A stretch of DNA of 64,000 nucleotides, taken from the NCBI GenBank assembly GCA_031416115.1, contig JANOTB010000133.1:3205-67204 (forward strand), in the 5' to 3' direction. The stretch is from Gemmatimonadota bacterium (GTDB taxonomy: Bacteria > Gemmatimonadota > Gemmatimonadetes > Gemmatimonadales > Gemmatimonadaceae). The translations under genes and the position numbers were made by a program. This document shows positions 31,215 to 39,628 of the stretch, in pieces. Position 1 is the stretch's first letter. The number at the start of each line of letters is the position of its first letter. The notes beneath the pieces were generated by a model. The model worked only from the letters and a program-made list of their open reading frames with translations. It made no database searches and had not been told where the DNA came from.

Positions 31215-32091
31215 AGGACTGAGCGTCCAGACCCGCCACCAACGCACGCGCCGCGCAGTTCGGGCAGCGCGTATCGACCACCGGCAACTCCGTTCGCTGC
31301 GCAACGAACGCTTCGAGCGTCTTCCACGCGCCGTCGGGGCCACGCACACTTCGGCAATGCGCGCACATCGGTACCACGCCGCGCACTGCGTATTCGAGTG
31401 CCCGCGCCACTCGCAGCTCGGCGGCCTCGCGGTCGTCCAGGAGCCGCTGGTGCACGCCAATGCCGATGCCGAGCGCAACCGAGAGGTGTACGGCGCTCGC
31501 GAGGCCCAGACCGAACGCATTCCAGAACGCCGCGGTCGCAGGCCAGGCGGATCCCGCGACGACGAGCGCATGCGCGAGAAGGCCAGCCGCTGCGAGAACG
31601 CGCGCTCGGCTGTCGAGGCGCGGAGAGCTGCCGACCACGATCGCGCCGATGGCCCAGAGCGCGCCGTGCTGGAGGAGGAGGTAGGCATTCGCTCGATCCG
31701 CGAGCCCCTGAGCCGCCGACAGGCCCAGGTACGCGAGCGACAACGGGAGCAGCATCACGAGCCAAGCCGGCGGTGCCCAGCGCGCGCCCAAGTGAAAGAG
31801 CGTGAGCGTGAAGGCCGCGTCGCGGAGGAAGAACAGTGGGGTGCCGAGCGAGTTGCCGAGTACCCCGCTGCCGATCGGCCACGCTTCGGTCGGCACGAGT
31901 CCGAGCACGTAGCGAACGGCCCAGAGCAGCCAGGTCACGATGAGCCACCCCAACCAGGCTTCGCGGTCGGCGCGCCAGACCCAGGCGAATACCGCGACCG
32001 CGGCGAGCGTCGCGACGAGCGCATTCACCACTGGGGTCAGCGACGCAGGTGCGCTCGCCTGGAGCTGCGCGAACTCGAGTCCCATTCGCAT
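31201..32091 (-). CDS. 7-TM membrane protein with C-terminal CxxC-x29-CxxC zinc-ribbon-like tail (paralog B)
   Basis: ATG 32091 shares one base with the upstream stop (TGATG). There are about seven hydrophobic helices, then MCAHCRSVRGPDGAWKTLEAF...RCPNCA (Cys codons within 31255-31365). Confidence 0.7.
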   Translation of the reverse strand: MRMGLEFAQLQASAPASLTPVVNALVATLAAVAVFAWVWRADREAWLGWLIVTWLLWAVRYVLGLVPTEAWPIGSGVLGNSLGTPLFFLRDAAFTLTLFHLGARWAPPAWLVMLLPLSLAYLGLSAAQGLADRANAYLLLQHGALWAIGAIVVGSSPRLDSRARVLAAAGLLAHALVVAGSAWPATAAFWNAFGLGLASAVHLSVALGIGIGVHQRLLDDREAAELRVARALEYAVRGVVPMCAHCRSVRGPDGAWKTLEAFVAQRTELPVVDTRCPNCAARALVAGLDAQSFTTP

Positions 32092-32945
32092 CACGCGGAC
32101 GCCGCCGCGTCGGCACTGTCGATGCCGAACTCGCGTTTCGCACACGGGGGGCAGATGCCGTGCGTCACCGATGCGTTCGTCGCACTGTAGATGAACTCCT
32201 CCGGTGCGCGCCAGGATCTGTCGGCCGCTTCCACGCGGTCGCAATCCGCGCAGACGTTCGCGTGACCGCGGAGCGCGTGCTGCATGGTGCCCTCGAGCTT
32301 CTTGAGGGCGGCGAGCCGGAGCGCGCTCGCCTCGTCGAGCTCAGCGAACGCGATGCCCAGCACCAAAGCGAGCGCGCCCAGTTGGATCAGGATCGCAATG
32401 GCCTCACTGGCGCCCCCAGTGACGGCGGGACTCACCAGCAGCACGCCGGCGAGGATCAAGAGCCCTGCGACGCTCATCCGTCGCGACCCACGCCCTGCGC
32501 GTCCCGCACGCGCGAGCACCGCCGCAACGATGAGCAGCGCGACGACCGAGGAGCTGACCCTCACGCTGAGCGCCAGCCCACCGAACGTCGGGTGTCGCAG
32601 GCTCCCGGAGAGAATGAGCAGGGCCTCGACGGCCGCAGGGAGCAGCAACCAACGCCACCAGCGATGACCCATGTAGAGCGACGCCCCGGCGACGAAGAAC
32701 AGATCTCGAGCCGTGCCGACCACGCTCAACGGCGCCCGCGCGTCGAACGGAACGCCCCAGAGCATCGGCGCGTACCGCAACGCGAATGCGGACCACGCGA
32801 GTCCCCAGAGGAGCAGGTAGGTTTCGCGCCGCATGCGCCAGAGTAGAAGGTGCATGACGGCGGCGACCAGCAAGCTCAGCATCCCGGCGATGATAGCCTG
32901 GAGAGGCACGCCGGAGATCAGACCGGGCAAGAAAGTCTGGTTCAC
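32091..32945 (-). CDS. 7-TM membrane protein with C-terminal CxxC-x29-CxxC zinc-ribbon-like tail (paralog A)
   Basis: Seven predicted helices, a helical linker, then VCADCDRVEAADRSWRAPEEF...GICPPCA (Cys codons within 32142-32252). Confidence 0.7.
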   Translation of the reverse strand: MNQTFLPGLISGVPLQAIIAGMLSLLVAAVMHLLLWRMRRETYLLLWGLAWSAFALRYAPMLWGVPFDARAPLSVVGTARDLFFVAGASLYMGHRWWRWLLLPAAVEALLILSGSLRHPTFGGLALSVRVSSSVVALLIVAAVLARAGRAGRGSRRMSVAGLLILAGVLLVSPAVTGGASEAIAILIQLGALALVLGIAFAELDEASALRLAALKKLEGTMQHALRGHANVCADCDRVEAADRSWRAPEEFIYSATNASVTHGICPPCAKREFGIDSADAAASA

Positions 32946-32976
32946 TTGAGCAGGGAGGAGTCCTCGTGGACGCGCA

Positions 32977-33417
32977 CTACGGAACGTACTGCATCACGAG
33001 GAAGTGAACACCCTGCGCTGACCGAATGCCGCAGAAGCGCCCGATGCCGGCCGCCTCCCTCACCGCAATGTACACCGTGGCACCGAGCCGCAATGCGTCG
33101 CGCGCGGCGGCGTCGGAATCGCTCACCGTGAAGTACGTCACCCAACAGGGCGGGACGCCCTCCATCTCGTCGGTGAGTTCCATCATCCCGGCCACGGGGC
33201 GGTCCCCGAGCTTGAAGATCGTGTACGGCACAGACTGTCCCGGCATCGACTCCGCGGTCCAGCCGAACAACGCATCGTAGAATGCCTGCGCCGTCGCCAT
33301 GACCGTGGTCAGCAGCTCGAACCAGCTTGGAGCGCCAACACGACTCACGTCAGCGGGATGCGGCGTGATGATGTGGAGCCAGCAGAACTCGCCGGGGGCG
33401 CGTGGGCGGGGTGTCAT
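32977..33417 (-). CDS. VOC (glyoxalase/bleomycin-resistance fold) family protein
   Basis: WFELLTTVMATAQAFYDALFGW and PPCWVTYFTVSD motifs. An alternative GTG start at 33348 would give ~124 aa. Confidence 0.7.
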   Translation of the reverse strand: MTPRPRAPGEFCWLHIITPHPADVSRVGAPSWFELLTTVMATAQAFYDALFGWTAESMPGQSVPYTIFKLGDRPVAGMMELTDEMEGVPPCWVTYFTVSDSDAAARDALRLGATVYIAVREAAGIGRFCGIRSAQGVHFLVMQYVP

Positions 33418-33545
33418 CCGTCAGTACGGTTGCTATGGCGAGGGCTTTCGGTCCCAGTGGCAGCCGCCATATTCCTGAGTATGCGCACTACGGCGTCGGG
33501 CGGCTCGCTCGCCTGGCGTCGCCCCCTGCCCTGCGAGTCGCGCTC

Positions 33546-34439
33546 ATGGCAAGTATCGCGTACCTCGGCACCGGCCTCCTCGGCGCCGCCTTCGTGGAGG
33601 CCGCATGCAAGCGTGGCGATTCCGTCACGGTCTGGAATCGCACCACGGCCAAGGCCCGCGCGCTGCAGCTGTTCGGCGCGCACGTCGCTGGCTCACCGGA
33701 GATGGCCGTGCGCGGCGCCGAGCGTGTGCACCTGGTGTTGCAGGACGACGCGTCGGTGGAAGAGGTCGTACGGGCGTTGCGCCCCGGCCTCGCGCCCGGG
33801 GCGATCATCGTGGACCACACGACGACGCTCCCCATGCTCACGGCCGCGCGTGCGACGCGGCTCAACGCCGAGGGAGTCCACTACCTGCACTGCCCGGTGT
33901 TCATCGGACCCGCAGCGGCGCGCGAGGCGCAGGGGATCATCATGGCCTGTGGCCCGCGAGCACTTTTCGAGCAGGTGAAGCCCGCACTGGAGCTACAGGC
34001 GCTGCGCGTTGAGTACCTGGGAGAGCGCAACGACCTCGCGGCGGTGATGAAGCTCTGCGGCAATGCGTACATCATCGGCAGTGGCGGGCTGCTCGCGGAC
34101 GTCTTCTCGATCGCCGCGAACTCCGCGGTGAAGCCGGGTGAAGCGCTCTCGCTGCTCAACTTCTTCTTCGGCGCGGGGATCATCGCCGGGCGCGGCACGA
34201 AGATGGCGGCGGGTGACTACACCGCGAGCTTCGAGCTCACCATGGCACGCAAGGACGTGCGACTGATGATCGAGACCGCGGGAGCGTTGCCGCTGGCGCT
34301 GTTGCCCGGGCTGGCGGCGCGCATGGATGCGCTGATCGCCGAGGGGAACGGAGCGCTCGACATGGGCGTGATGGCGCGGGATGCGGTCGCGCGGGATGCG
34401 GTCGCGCGGGACCCGCACGGCGGGACCCGCGCCGAGTAG
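33546..34439 (+). CDS. NAD(P)-dependent beta-hydroxyacid dehydrogenase-like oxidoreductase
   Basis: ATG 33546 places the Rossmann motif IAYLGTGLLGAAF at the N-terminus. MKLCGNAYI and ARKDVRL motifs of the HIBADH/6PGDH-NAD family are present. Confidence 0.75.
   Translation: MASIAYLGTGLLGAAFVEAACKRGDSVTVWNRTTAKARALQLFGAHVAGSPEMAVRGAERVHLVLQDDASVEEVVRALRPGLAPGAIIVDHTTTLPMLTAARATRLNAEGVHYLHCPVFIGPAAAREAQGIIMACGPRALFEQVKPALELQALRVEYLGERNDLAAVMKLCGNAYIIGSGGLLADVFSIAANSAVKPGEALSLLNFFFGAGIIAGRGTKMAAGDYTASFELTMARKDVRLMIETAGALPLALLPGLAARMDALIAEGNGALDMGVMARDAVARDAVARDPHGGTRAE
34374..34411 (+). repeat. in-frame 15-nt tandem repeat gcgcgggatgcggtc x2.5 (ARDAV ARDAV ARD)
   Basis: Read directly from the sequence, at the 3' end of the oxidoreductase gene. 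Confidence 0.9.
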
Positions 34440-34526
34440 GGCGCCCCACCTGCGGAGTGCTCGCGGAGAGGATATCATACGGCTGTTGCGGCACATCCTC
34501 GGCCGCACTCCTGTTCCGGAGCTCGA

Positions 34527-36842
34527 CTGCCTCACCAGCTCGACAAACTGCGTTCGGCCCTCGGCGCCTCCTACCGGCTCGAAGATCTTGTCGGCTCCGG
34601 AGGCATGGCGTCGGTCTATCGCGCGATCGACCTCCGTCATGATCGCGTGGTGGCGATCAAGGTGCTGCGCCCCGAACTCGCGAGCAGCGTCAGCCTTGAG
34701 CGATTCAACGCCGAGGTGCGACTCACGGCGAGCCTGCAGCACCCGCACATCCTCCCGCTGCATGACTCGGGAGGCGCGGGTGATCTGCTCTTCTACGTCA
34801 TGCCGTTCGTCGAAGGCGCTCGGACGTTGCGTGGGCGCATCGAGGCGAGTGGTCCCATGCCGATCGATGAAGCGATCGAGGTGGCCGTCGTCGTCGGCCG
34901 CGCGCTCGACTACGCGCACAAGCGCGGCGTGATCCATCGCGACATCAAGCCGGAGAACATCCTGATGTCGAACGGTGTGCCGATCGTCGCCGACTTCGGC
35001 ATCGCACGGATCGCCACTGCGGACGGCACCCGCGTGACGGGTACCGGGATATCGGTCGGCACGCCCTCGTACATGAGTCCGGAGCAGGCGGAAGGCGACC
35101 CAGGGGTGGACGCGCGCACGGACATCTACGCGCTGGGCGCGATGCTCTTCGAGATGATCGCCGGTGAAGCGCCGTTCGGGAGTGGCACCTCGGTGGGGAT
35201 ACTCAAACGACTCTTCACCGAACCCGCACCGCCGCTCGCCTCGCGACGGAGCGACGTACCGCCCAGCGTGGCGGCCGCCGTCGCGCGGGCGCTCGAGAAG
35301 CAGAAGTCGTTGCGCTTTGCGACGGCCGCGGAGTTCGTGCTCGCCTTGCGCGTCGGTCTTCGCACCGACGCCCCCGAGACAACCGGAACGCCGGGTAGCA
35401 CGAGCGGGCGTGTTGGCGCTACGGCCGCCGTCGCAGACGAGCGGTCGGTCGCGGTGCTGCCGCTGGTGAACGTGGGCAACGATCCCGAGCACGACTACTT
35501 CTGCGACGGGATGACCGACGAGTTGATCACCACGCTCTCGCGCCTGCGCGGCGTGCGCGTGGCATCGCGAACGTCGGTCTTCTCGTTCAAGGGACGCGGC
35601 GCCACGGTCGAGGACATCGGCCGCGCGCTCAACGTCGCCTATGTGCTCGAAGGCAGCGTGCGCCACGCCGGCGCGCGGGTCCGTATCAGTGCGCAGCTGA
35701 TCGAGATCCGCACCCAACACCAACGCTGGGCCGAGCGGTTCGACCGCAACCTCGACGACGTGTTCGCGCTGCAGGACGAGCTCGCCCTCACGATCGCCGA
35801 CGCCTTGTCGGTGCGCCTCTCGACCGCCGGCGGCGACGAGATCACCGGCGTGCGGCGCGGCACCGAGAACCTTCCCGCCTACGAGCTGGTGCTCAAGGGG
35901 CGGTACTTCTGGAATCAGCGAGCGCTCGACAAGGCGATGGGGTGCTTCCAGGAGGCGGTGCGTCTCGACTCCGAATTCGCACAGGCGTGGGCCGGACTCT
36001 CGGACGGCTTCTCGTTCCTCAGTTACTACGGCGCGCTCCCACCGCAGGTGGCTTTCGATCGCGGGCGGGCGGCCGCCGAACGCGCGGTCGCTGCCGACGC
36101 GCAGCTGCCGGAGGCGCAGTACGCGCGGGGACTGTTCGAGTTGCTCCTCGGACACGACATGGAGCTGTCTGGCCGCGCGCTGCGACACGCGATAGAACTG
36201 GGGCCGCGTCATGGTGGCTCACACGCGACGCTCTGCCAGTGGCTCGCGTTCACCGGCGACGTCAGCACCTCACACCGCGAGGCGGAAACGGCCCTGCACC
36301 TCGAGCCGCTGTCACCACTGGTCGCGGCAACGGTGGGCTGGGCCGCCGTGCTGAGCCGCGAGCCGGATCGCGCCGAGCGCTTCGTGCGACGGGGACTGGA
36401 ACTCGATGCGAACGCGCTGCCCTGCCTCTGGACGCTCGGCGGTGCGCACTTGGAGCGCGGCAACGTCGCCGAGGCGCTCGACTGGTTCGGCCGGGCCGTC
36501 GCGAGGTCCGGACGCTTGCCGTACATGGTCGCGCTGCACGCGCACGCGGCGGCGGTGGCGGGAGACGACGCGACCGCGCGCGCCGCGCTGCTCGAGATCA
36601 CCACGCGCGCTGACGGGCCGCGACCGGGGCTTGCGGCGTGGATCCATCTCGGACTCGGAGAGCTCGAGCAAGCGATCCCCCTGCTCTCTCAGGCGCTTGC
36701 GGAACACGACCCACACGCGCTGACGCCGCTCGCCATGCTGCATGCCGGCCGCGCAGCGGTCGCCGACGCGCGCTACGCCGACGCGCTCACGCGTGCGGGG
36801 CTCGGCGAGCTCTACCGCGCGCGCACAGCGCTGACCTCGTAG
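34527..36842 (+). CDS. Ser/Thr protein kinase with periplasmic-type TolB-like module and TPR tail
   Basis: HRDIKPENIL, DFGIA and GTPSYMSPEQ motifs. The ORF track starts at ATG 34605, inside the glycine loop (GSGGMASVY). The conserved N-terminus LDKLRSALGASYRLEDLVGSGG is encoded upstream. The only upstream start-like codons are CTG 34527 and 34548. Confidence 0.8.
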   Translation: MPHQLDKLRSALGASYRLEDLVGSGGMASVYRAIDLRHDRVVAIKVLRPELASSVSLERFNAEVRLTASLQHPHILPLHDSGGAGDLLFYVMPFVEGARTLRGRIEASGPMPIDEAIEVAVVVGRALDYAHKRGVIHRDIKPENILMSNGVPIVADFGIARIATADGTRVTGTGISVGTPSYMSPEQAEGDPGVDARTDIYALGAMLFEMIAGEAPFGSGTSVGILKRLFTEPAPPLASRRSDVPPSVAAAVARALEKQKSLRFATAAEFVLALRVGLRTDAPETTGTPGSTSGRVGATAAVADERSVAVLPLVNVGNDPEHDYFCDGMTDELITTLSRLRGVRVASRTSVFSFKGRGATVEDIGRALNVAYVLEGSVRHAGARVRISAQLIEIRTQHQRWAERFDRNLDDVFALQDELALTIADALSVRLSTAGGDEITGVRRGTENLPAYELVLKGRYFWNQRALDKAMGCFQEAVRLDSEFAQAWAGLSDGFSFLSYYGALPPQVAFDRGRAAAERAVAADAQLPEAQYARGLFELLLGHDMELSGRALRHAIELGPRHGGSHATLCQWLAFTGDVSTSHREAETALHLEPLSPLVAATVGWAAVLSREPDRAERFVRRGLELDANALPCLWTLGGAHLERGNVAEALDWFGRAVARSGRLPYMVALHAHAAAVAGDDATARAALLEITTRADGPRPGLAAWIHLGLGELEQAIPLLSQALAEHDPHALTPLAMLHAGRAAVADARYADALTRAGLGELYRARTALTS

Positions 36843-36864
36843 GCGCTCAGCGCCTGCGTTTGCA

Positions 36865-36916
36865 GCTCAGGCCGCGAGCTCAGGCCTCCCGCTCAGGCCT
36901 CCAGCTCAGGCCTCCA
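36865..36916. repeat. 13-nt tandem repeat gctcaggcctcc(a/c) x4 spanning the stop codon of the 614-aa patatin gene
   Basis: Units start at 36865, 36878, 36891 and 36904, with a degenerate fifth at 36917. Each unit carries tca, which is TGA on the minus strand. Confidence 0.9.
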
Positions 36917-38750
36917 GCTTCGCCATCGGCTGCGTCGGACGTGCGGCCCGCGGCACGAGCGCAACGGGATTCTCGGTGAAGCGAGCCCAATCGGCCTCGG
37001 CGCGCGAGAGCAGTTCCTGCAGATCCGTGCGATGCGCCCCGCTTTTTTCCCTCAGCCGTCGACGGAGAAAGACGATGAGGTTGCGGCACATGCACATCTG
37101 GCCCGTCGCGACGAGCTCCTCGAGCTGATGCGGCTTGTCGTACCAGAAGGCTGTCGGCTGCTTCGCGGCGAGTTCACCGACGGCCTTCATGTTCGGCGAG
37201 ACCGTCGGCGCGTCCATTGGCGGAACGACCGACAGGCTGAAGATCTCGACGCTCAGGAGCTGACGGCGCCAGCCGGGGAATCCATAGAGCAGTGAATAGC
37301 CGAGGATGCGATGCCGCACGAAGAAGATGTCGCTGACGACCGACATGAGTGCGGCGATCCGGATGTGCACGAGCCATGGCAGCTGCGCGATGCGGAGACG
37401 ACGGAGGAAACTCCACGTGCTCGGCGCGGCGCCGGGATCGGCCTCCCGACGACCTTCGGTCTCGAGGATCTGATCGACGGCAGCGAGCACCTCCCTGACC
37501 GTGCGCCGCGTGACGACGAGCGCCACGAAGACGGCGGCCGCGAGCAGGATCGGGACGATGTAGTTGAGCGTCGTGAGCCCAGGCACCTCGTCCATGTGCA
37601 GATTCGTGAGCATCCACTCGTTCTGTTGCATCAACTGAAAGAGGTCGACACCCACGACCAGTGCGGTCGCACCGGTGAGCAGGACGAGGATCCACCACGC
37701 CCACAGCGCCGACGACAGTCGGAGCCCCTTGTCGGGCGGTTGTGCGAGCGTGCGCAGCGGGCCTCCGTCCGTCGGTCCGGCGGCGTAGCCCGCGCGGAAG
37801 ATCGGATCGGCCTCACTGACCGCGTCCGAGATGATCACAACGCCCGGCGGGTCCTTGGGCACCTTTCCCGCCGCGATCTGCTGAAAGAGCAGATCGAACT
37901 CACCCTCGAATCGTTGCGACTCGCTGATCCCCCTGAACACCTCCGACTCCGCAGCCAGACCCGGATCGGGAGCACTGTCACCGTCCTCCCATCGAATGCG
38001 CGTCGCGGCCTGCATCATGGCCTCGAGGCCCTGATTGTCGTAGAGGCCGCCATCCATGAGCGGGACCGCATCGACTCCCTTCGTCCGGAATCCGTCGCGC
38101 AGCGCCTCGAAGTCCCGCACGCCCTCGGCGCCCTCCCAGACGAAGTCCTCGGGAAAGAAGAATGGCTCCATGCCTCCCGGCAGGCAGGAGGACGAGGCCA
38201 TCACGTCAGCGAGCCGAGCATGCCGCAACCGTTCGGGATCGATCGGCGACTGTCCGTTCCCTGCCGGCGCGTTCAGCTGGAACCGGAACCCGAGTCCGGA
38301 ACGGAAGTCGGTCGCGTTGATGATCACTTCCTCCAGATGACCGACGGGTTTCCATCCGCCATTGGGCTGCCGCTTGAGGAACTCTCCGAACTTGAAGTCC
38401 TCGAAGAAGTGCGTGTTGTATGCCTCCGCCAGCGACGAGATCACGGTGCGTCGTCCCGCGTGCCCTCGTGGCGGGCGATTGGCGAAGTTGTCGAGGACCC
38501 ACTCCGCCATCCGTCCACGGCGCAGCTTGTCGAGCATCCAGTTGCTGTACTGCTCGAAGCTCTGCCCCTTGGCCTGAGACATCGCGTAGGTGCTCGTCAC
38601 GAAGCCGCCGCCCGACGCACCGGAGATCACGGCGACGTCCTGCAGCAGTCCCATGCGATCGAGATAGCTCAATACGCCCAGGTGATAGCCGGCGGCGCGC
38701 GTGCCGCCGCCTGAGAGTCCGAGCGAGATGCGGCCGAATGGGCGTGTCAT
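36906..38750 (-). CDS. patatin-like phospholipase with C-terminal transmembrane domain
   Basis: Gly loop LSGGGTRAAG. Nucleophile elbow GASGG (about 38607-38621). Catalytic Asp in LMDGGLYDNQG (about 38046-38054). Three or more C-terminal hydrophobic helices. ATGA overlap with the desaturase. Confidence 0.85.
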   Translation of the reverse strand: MTRPFGRISLGLSGGGTRAAGYHLGVLSYLDRMGLLQDVAVISGASGGGFVTSTYAMSQAKGQSFEQYSNWMLDKLRRGRMAEWVLDNFANRPPRGHAGRRTVISSLAEAYNTHFFEDFKFGEFLKRQPNGGWKPVGHLEEVIINATDFRSGLGFRFQLNAPAGNGQSPIDPERLRHARLADVMASSSCLPGGMEPFFFPEDFVWEGAEGVRDFEALRDGFRTKGVDAVPLMDGGLYDNQGLEAMMQAATRIRWEDGDSAPDPGLAAESEVFRGISESQRFEGEFDLLFQQIAAGKVPKDPPGVVIISDAVSEADPIFRAGYAAGPTDGGPLRTLAQPPDKGLRLSSALWAWWILVLLTGATALVVGVDLFQLMQQNEWMLTNLHMDEVPGLTTLNYIVPILLAAAVFVALVVTRRTVREVLAAVDQILETEGRREADPGAAPSTWSFLRRLRIAQLPWLVHIRIAALMSVVSDIFFVRHRILGYSLLYGFPGWRRQLLSVEIFSLSVVPPMDAPTVSPNMKAVGELAAKQPTAFWYDKPHQLEELVATGQMCMCRNLIVFLRRRLREKSGAHRTDLQELLSRAEADWARFTENPVALVPRAARPTQPMAKLEA

Positions 38751-39628
38751 GAGGTAGCCTCGGGGTGATGCAGCGGGTCAGTGTGGAGCAACGGTTGCGG
38801 CCGGCGTAGCGCCTCGGGCACCTCGTGCACGTCCCAGACGAGCCCGAGCGCCGCGAGCAGTTTGATCGCCACGTAGTTCATGTCGACCTGCCACCACTGG
38901 AACCCGGCGCGCGCGGCCGTCGGGTACCGGTGATGATTGTTGTGCCAGCCCTCGCCCCAGGTGATGAGCGCCACGAGCACGTTGTTGCGCGATCCCTCCT
39001 TGGTGTCAAAGGGACGAGCGCCCCAACGGTGGCAGGCATAGTTCACCGCCGACGTCAGATGCAAGGCCGTGACCAGCGCCAGCGCGAAGCCGATCGCCAT
39101 GCGCGGGACTCCGCCCCAGAGGAAGTAGAGGCCGGCCACCGCGGCACCCGGCACCCAGTAGAACCGGTGCAACCAGCGCAACTCGGCATGGCGCATGAGA
39201 TCGGGACAGGCCGCGGTCACCTGGGCATCAGTGAGATGATCGTCGGCGAGACTCCAGATCCAGCACGAGAACCAGCCGTCGTTGGGCGAGTGCGGATCGC
39301 CTTCGGTGTCGGAGAAGCGGTGGTGGATGCGATGCTTGCCCGCAAAGCCGATCGGATCGGTGAAGGCGAGACAGCTCCCCACCGCGAGCACCAACTGTCC
39401 GGCGCGGCTGGTCCGGAACGCACGATGCGCGAAGTAGCGATGCAGTCCGCTCGCGACGAAGAACGCGATGATCAGGTGCGTGACGACGAAGGTCCACCAG
39501 TCGGCCGCGGTGGTGCCGGCGATGACGGCGGCGAGTGGGAGCAGATGGAGCGCGAGCAGGAACACGATCACCCGGGCAGTCTGCCACCAGGGTTGCACCG
39601 AGACCCGCGGACGCGGCGTGAGCGGCAT
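38747..39628 (-). CDS. membrane acyl-CoA/acyl-lipid Delta9-type fatty acid desaturase
   Basis: Three His boxes: HRYFAHRAF, HRIHHRFSD and GEGWHNNHHRYP. Confidence 0.9.
   Translation of the reverse strand: MPLTPRPRVSVQPWWQTARVIVFLLALHLLPLAAVIAGTTAADWWTFVVTHLIIAFFVASGLHRYFAHRAFRTSRAGQLVLAVGSCLAFTDPIGFAGKHRIHHRFSDTEGDPHSPNDGWFSCWIWSLADDHLTDAQVTAACPDLMRHAELRWLHRFYWVPGAAVAGLYFLWGGVPRMAIGFALALVTALHLTSAVNYACHRWGARPFDTKEGSRNNVLVALITWGEGWHNNHHRYPTAARAGFQWWQVDMNYVAIKLLAALGLVWDVHEVPEALRRPQPLLHTDPLHHPEATS

Noticed and set aside
33993-36212. 739-aa minus-strand ORF
   Set aside because: It lies antisense to the Ser/Thr kinase, which has clear motifs. The composition is Arg/Gly/Ala/His-rich with no motifs, as expected for antisense frames in GC3-rich DNA.
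36865-36916. Short direct repeats considered as a CRISPR or minisatellite array
   Set aside because: The units are 13 nt and contiguous with no spacers, and no cas genes are present. This is a microsatellite, not CRISPR.
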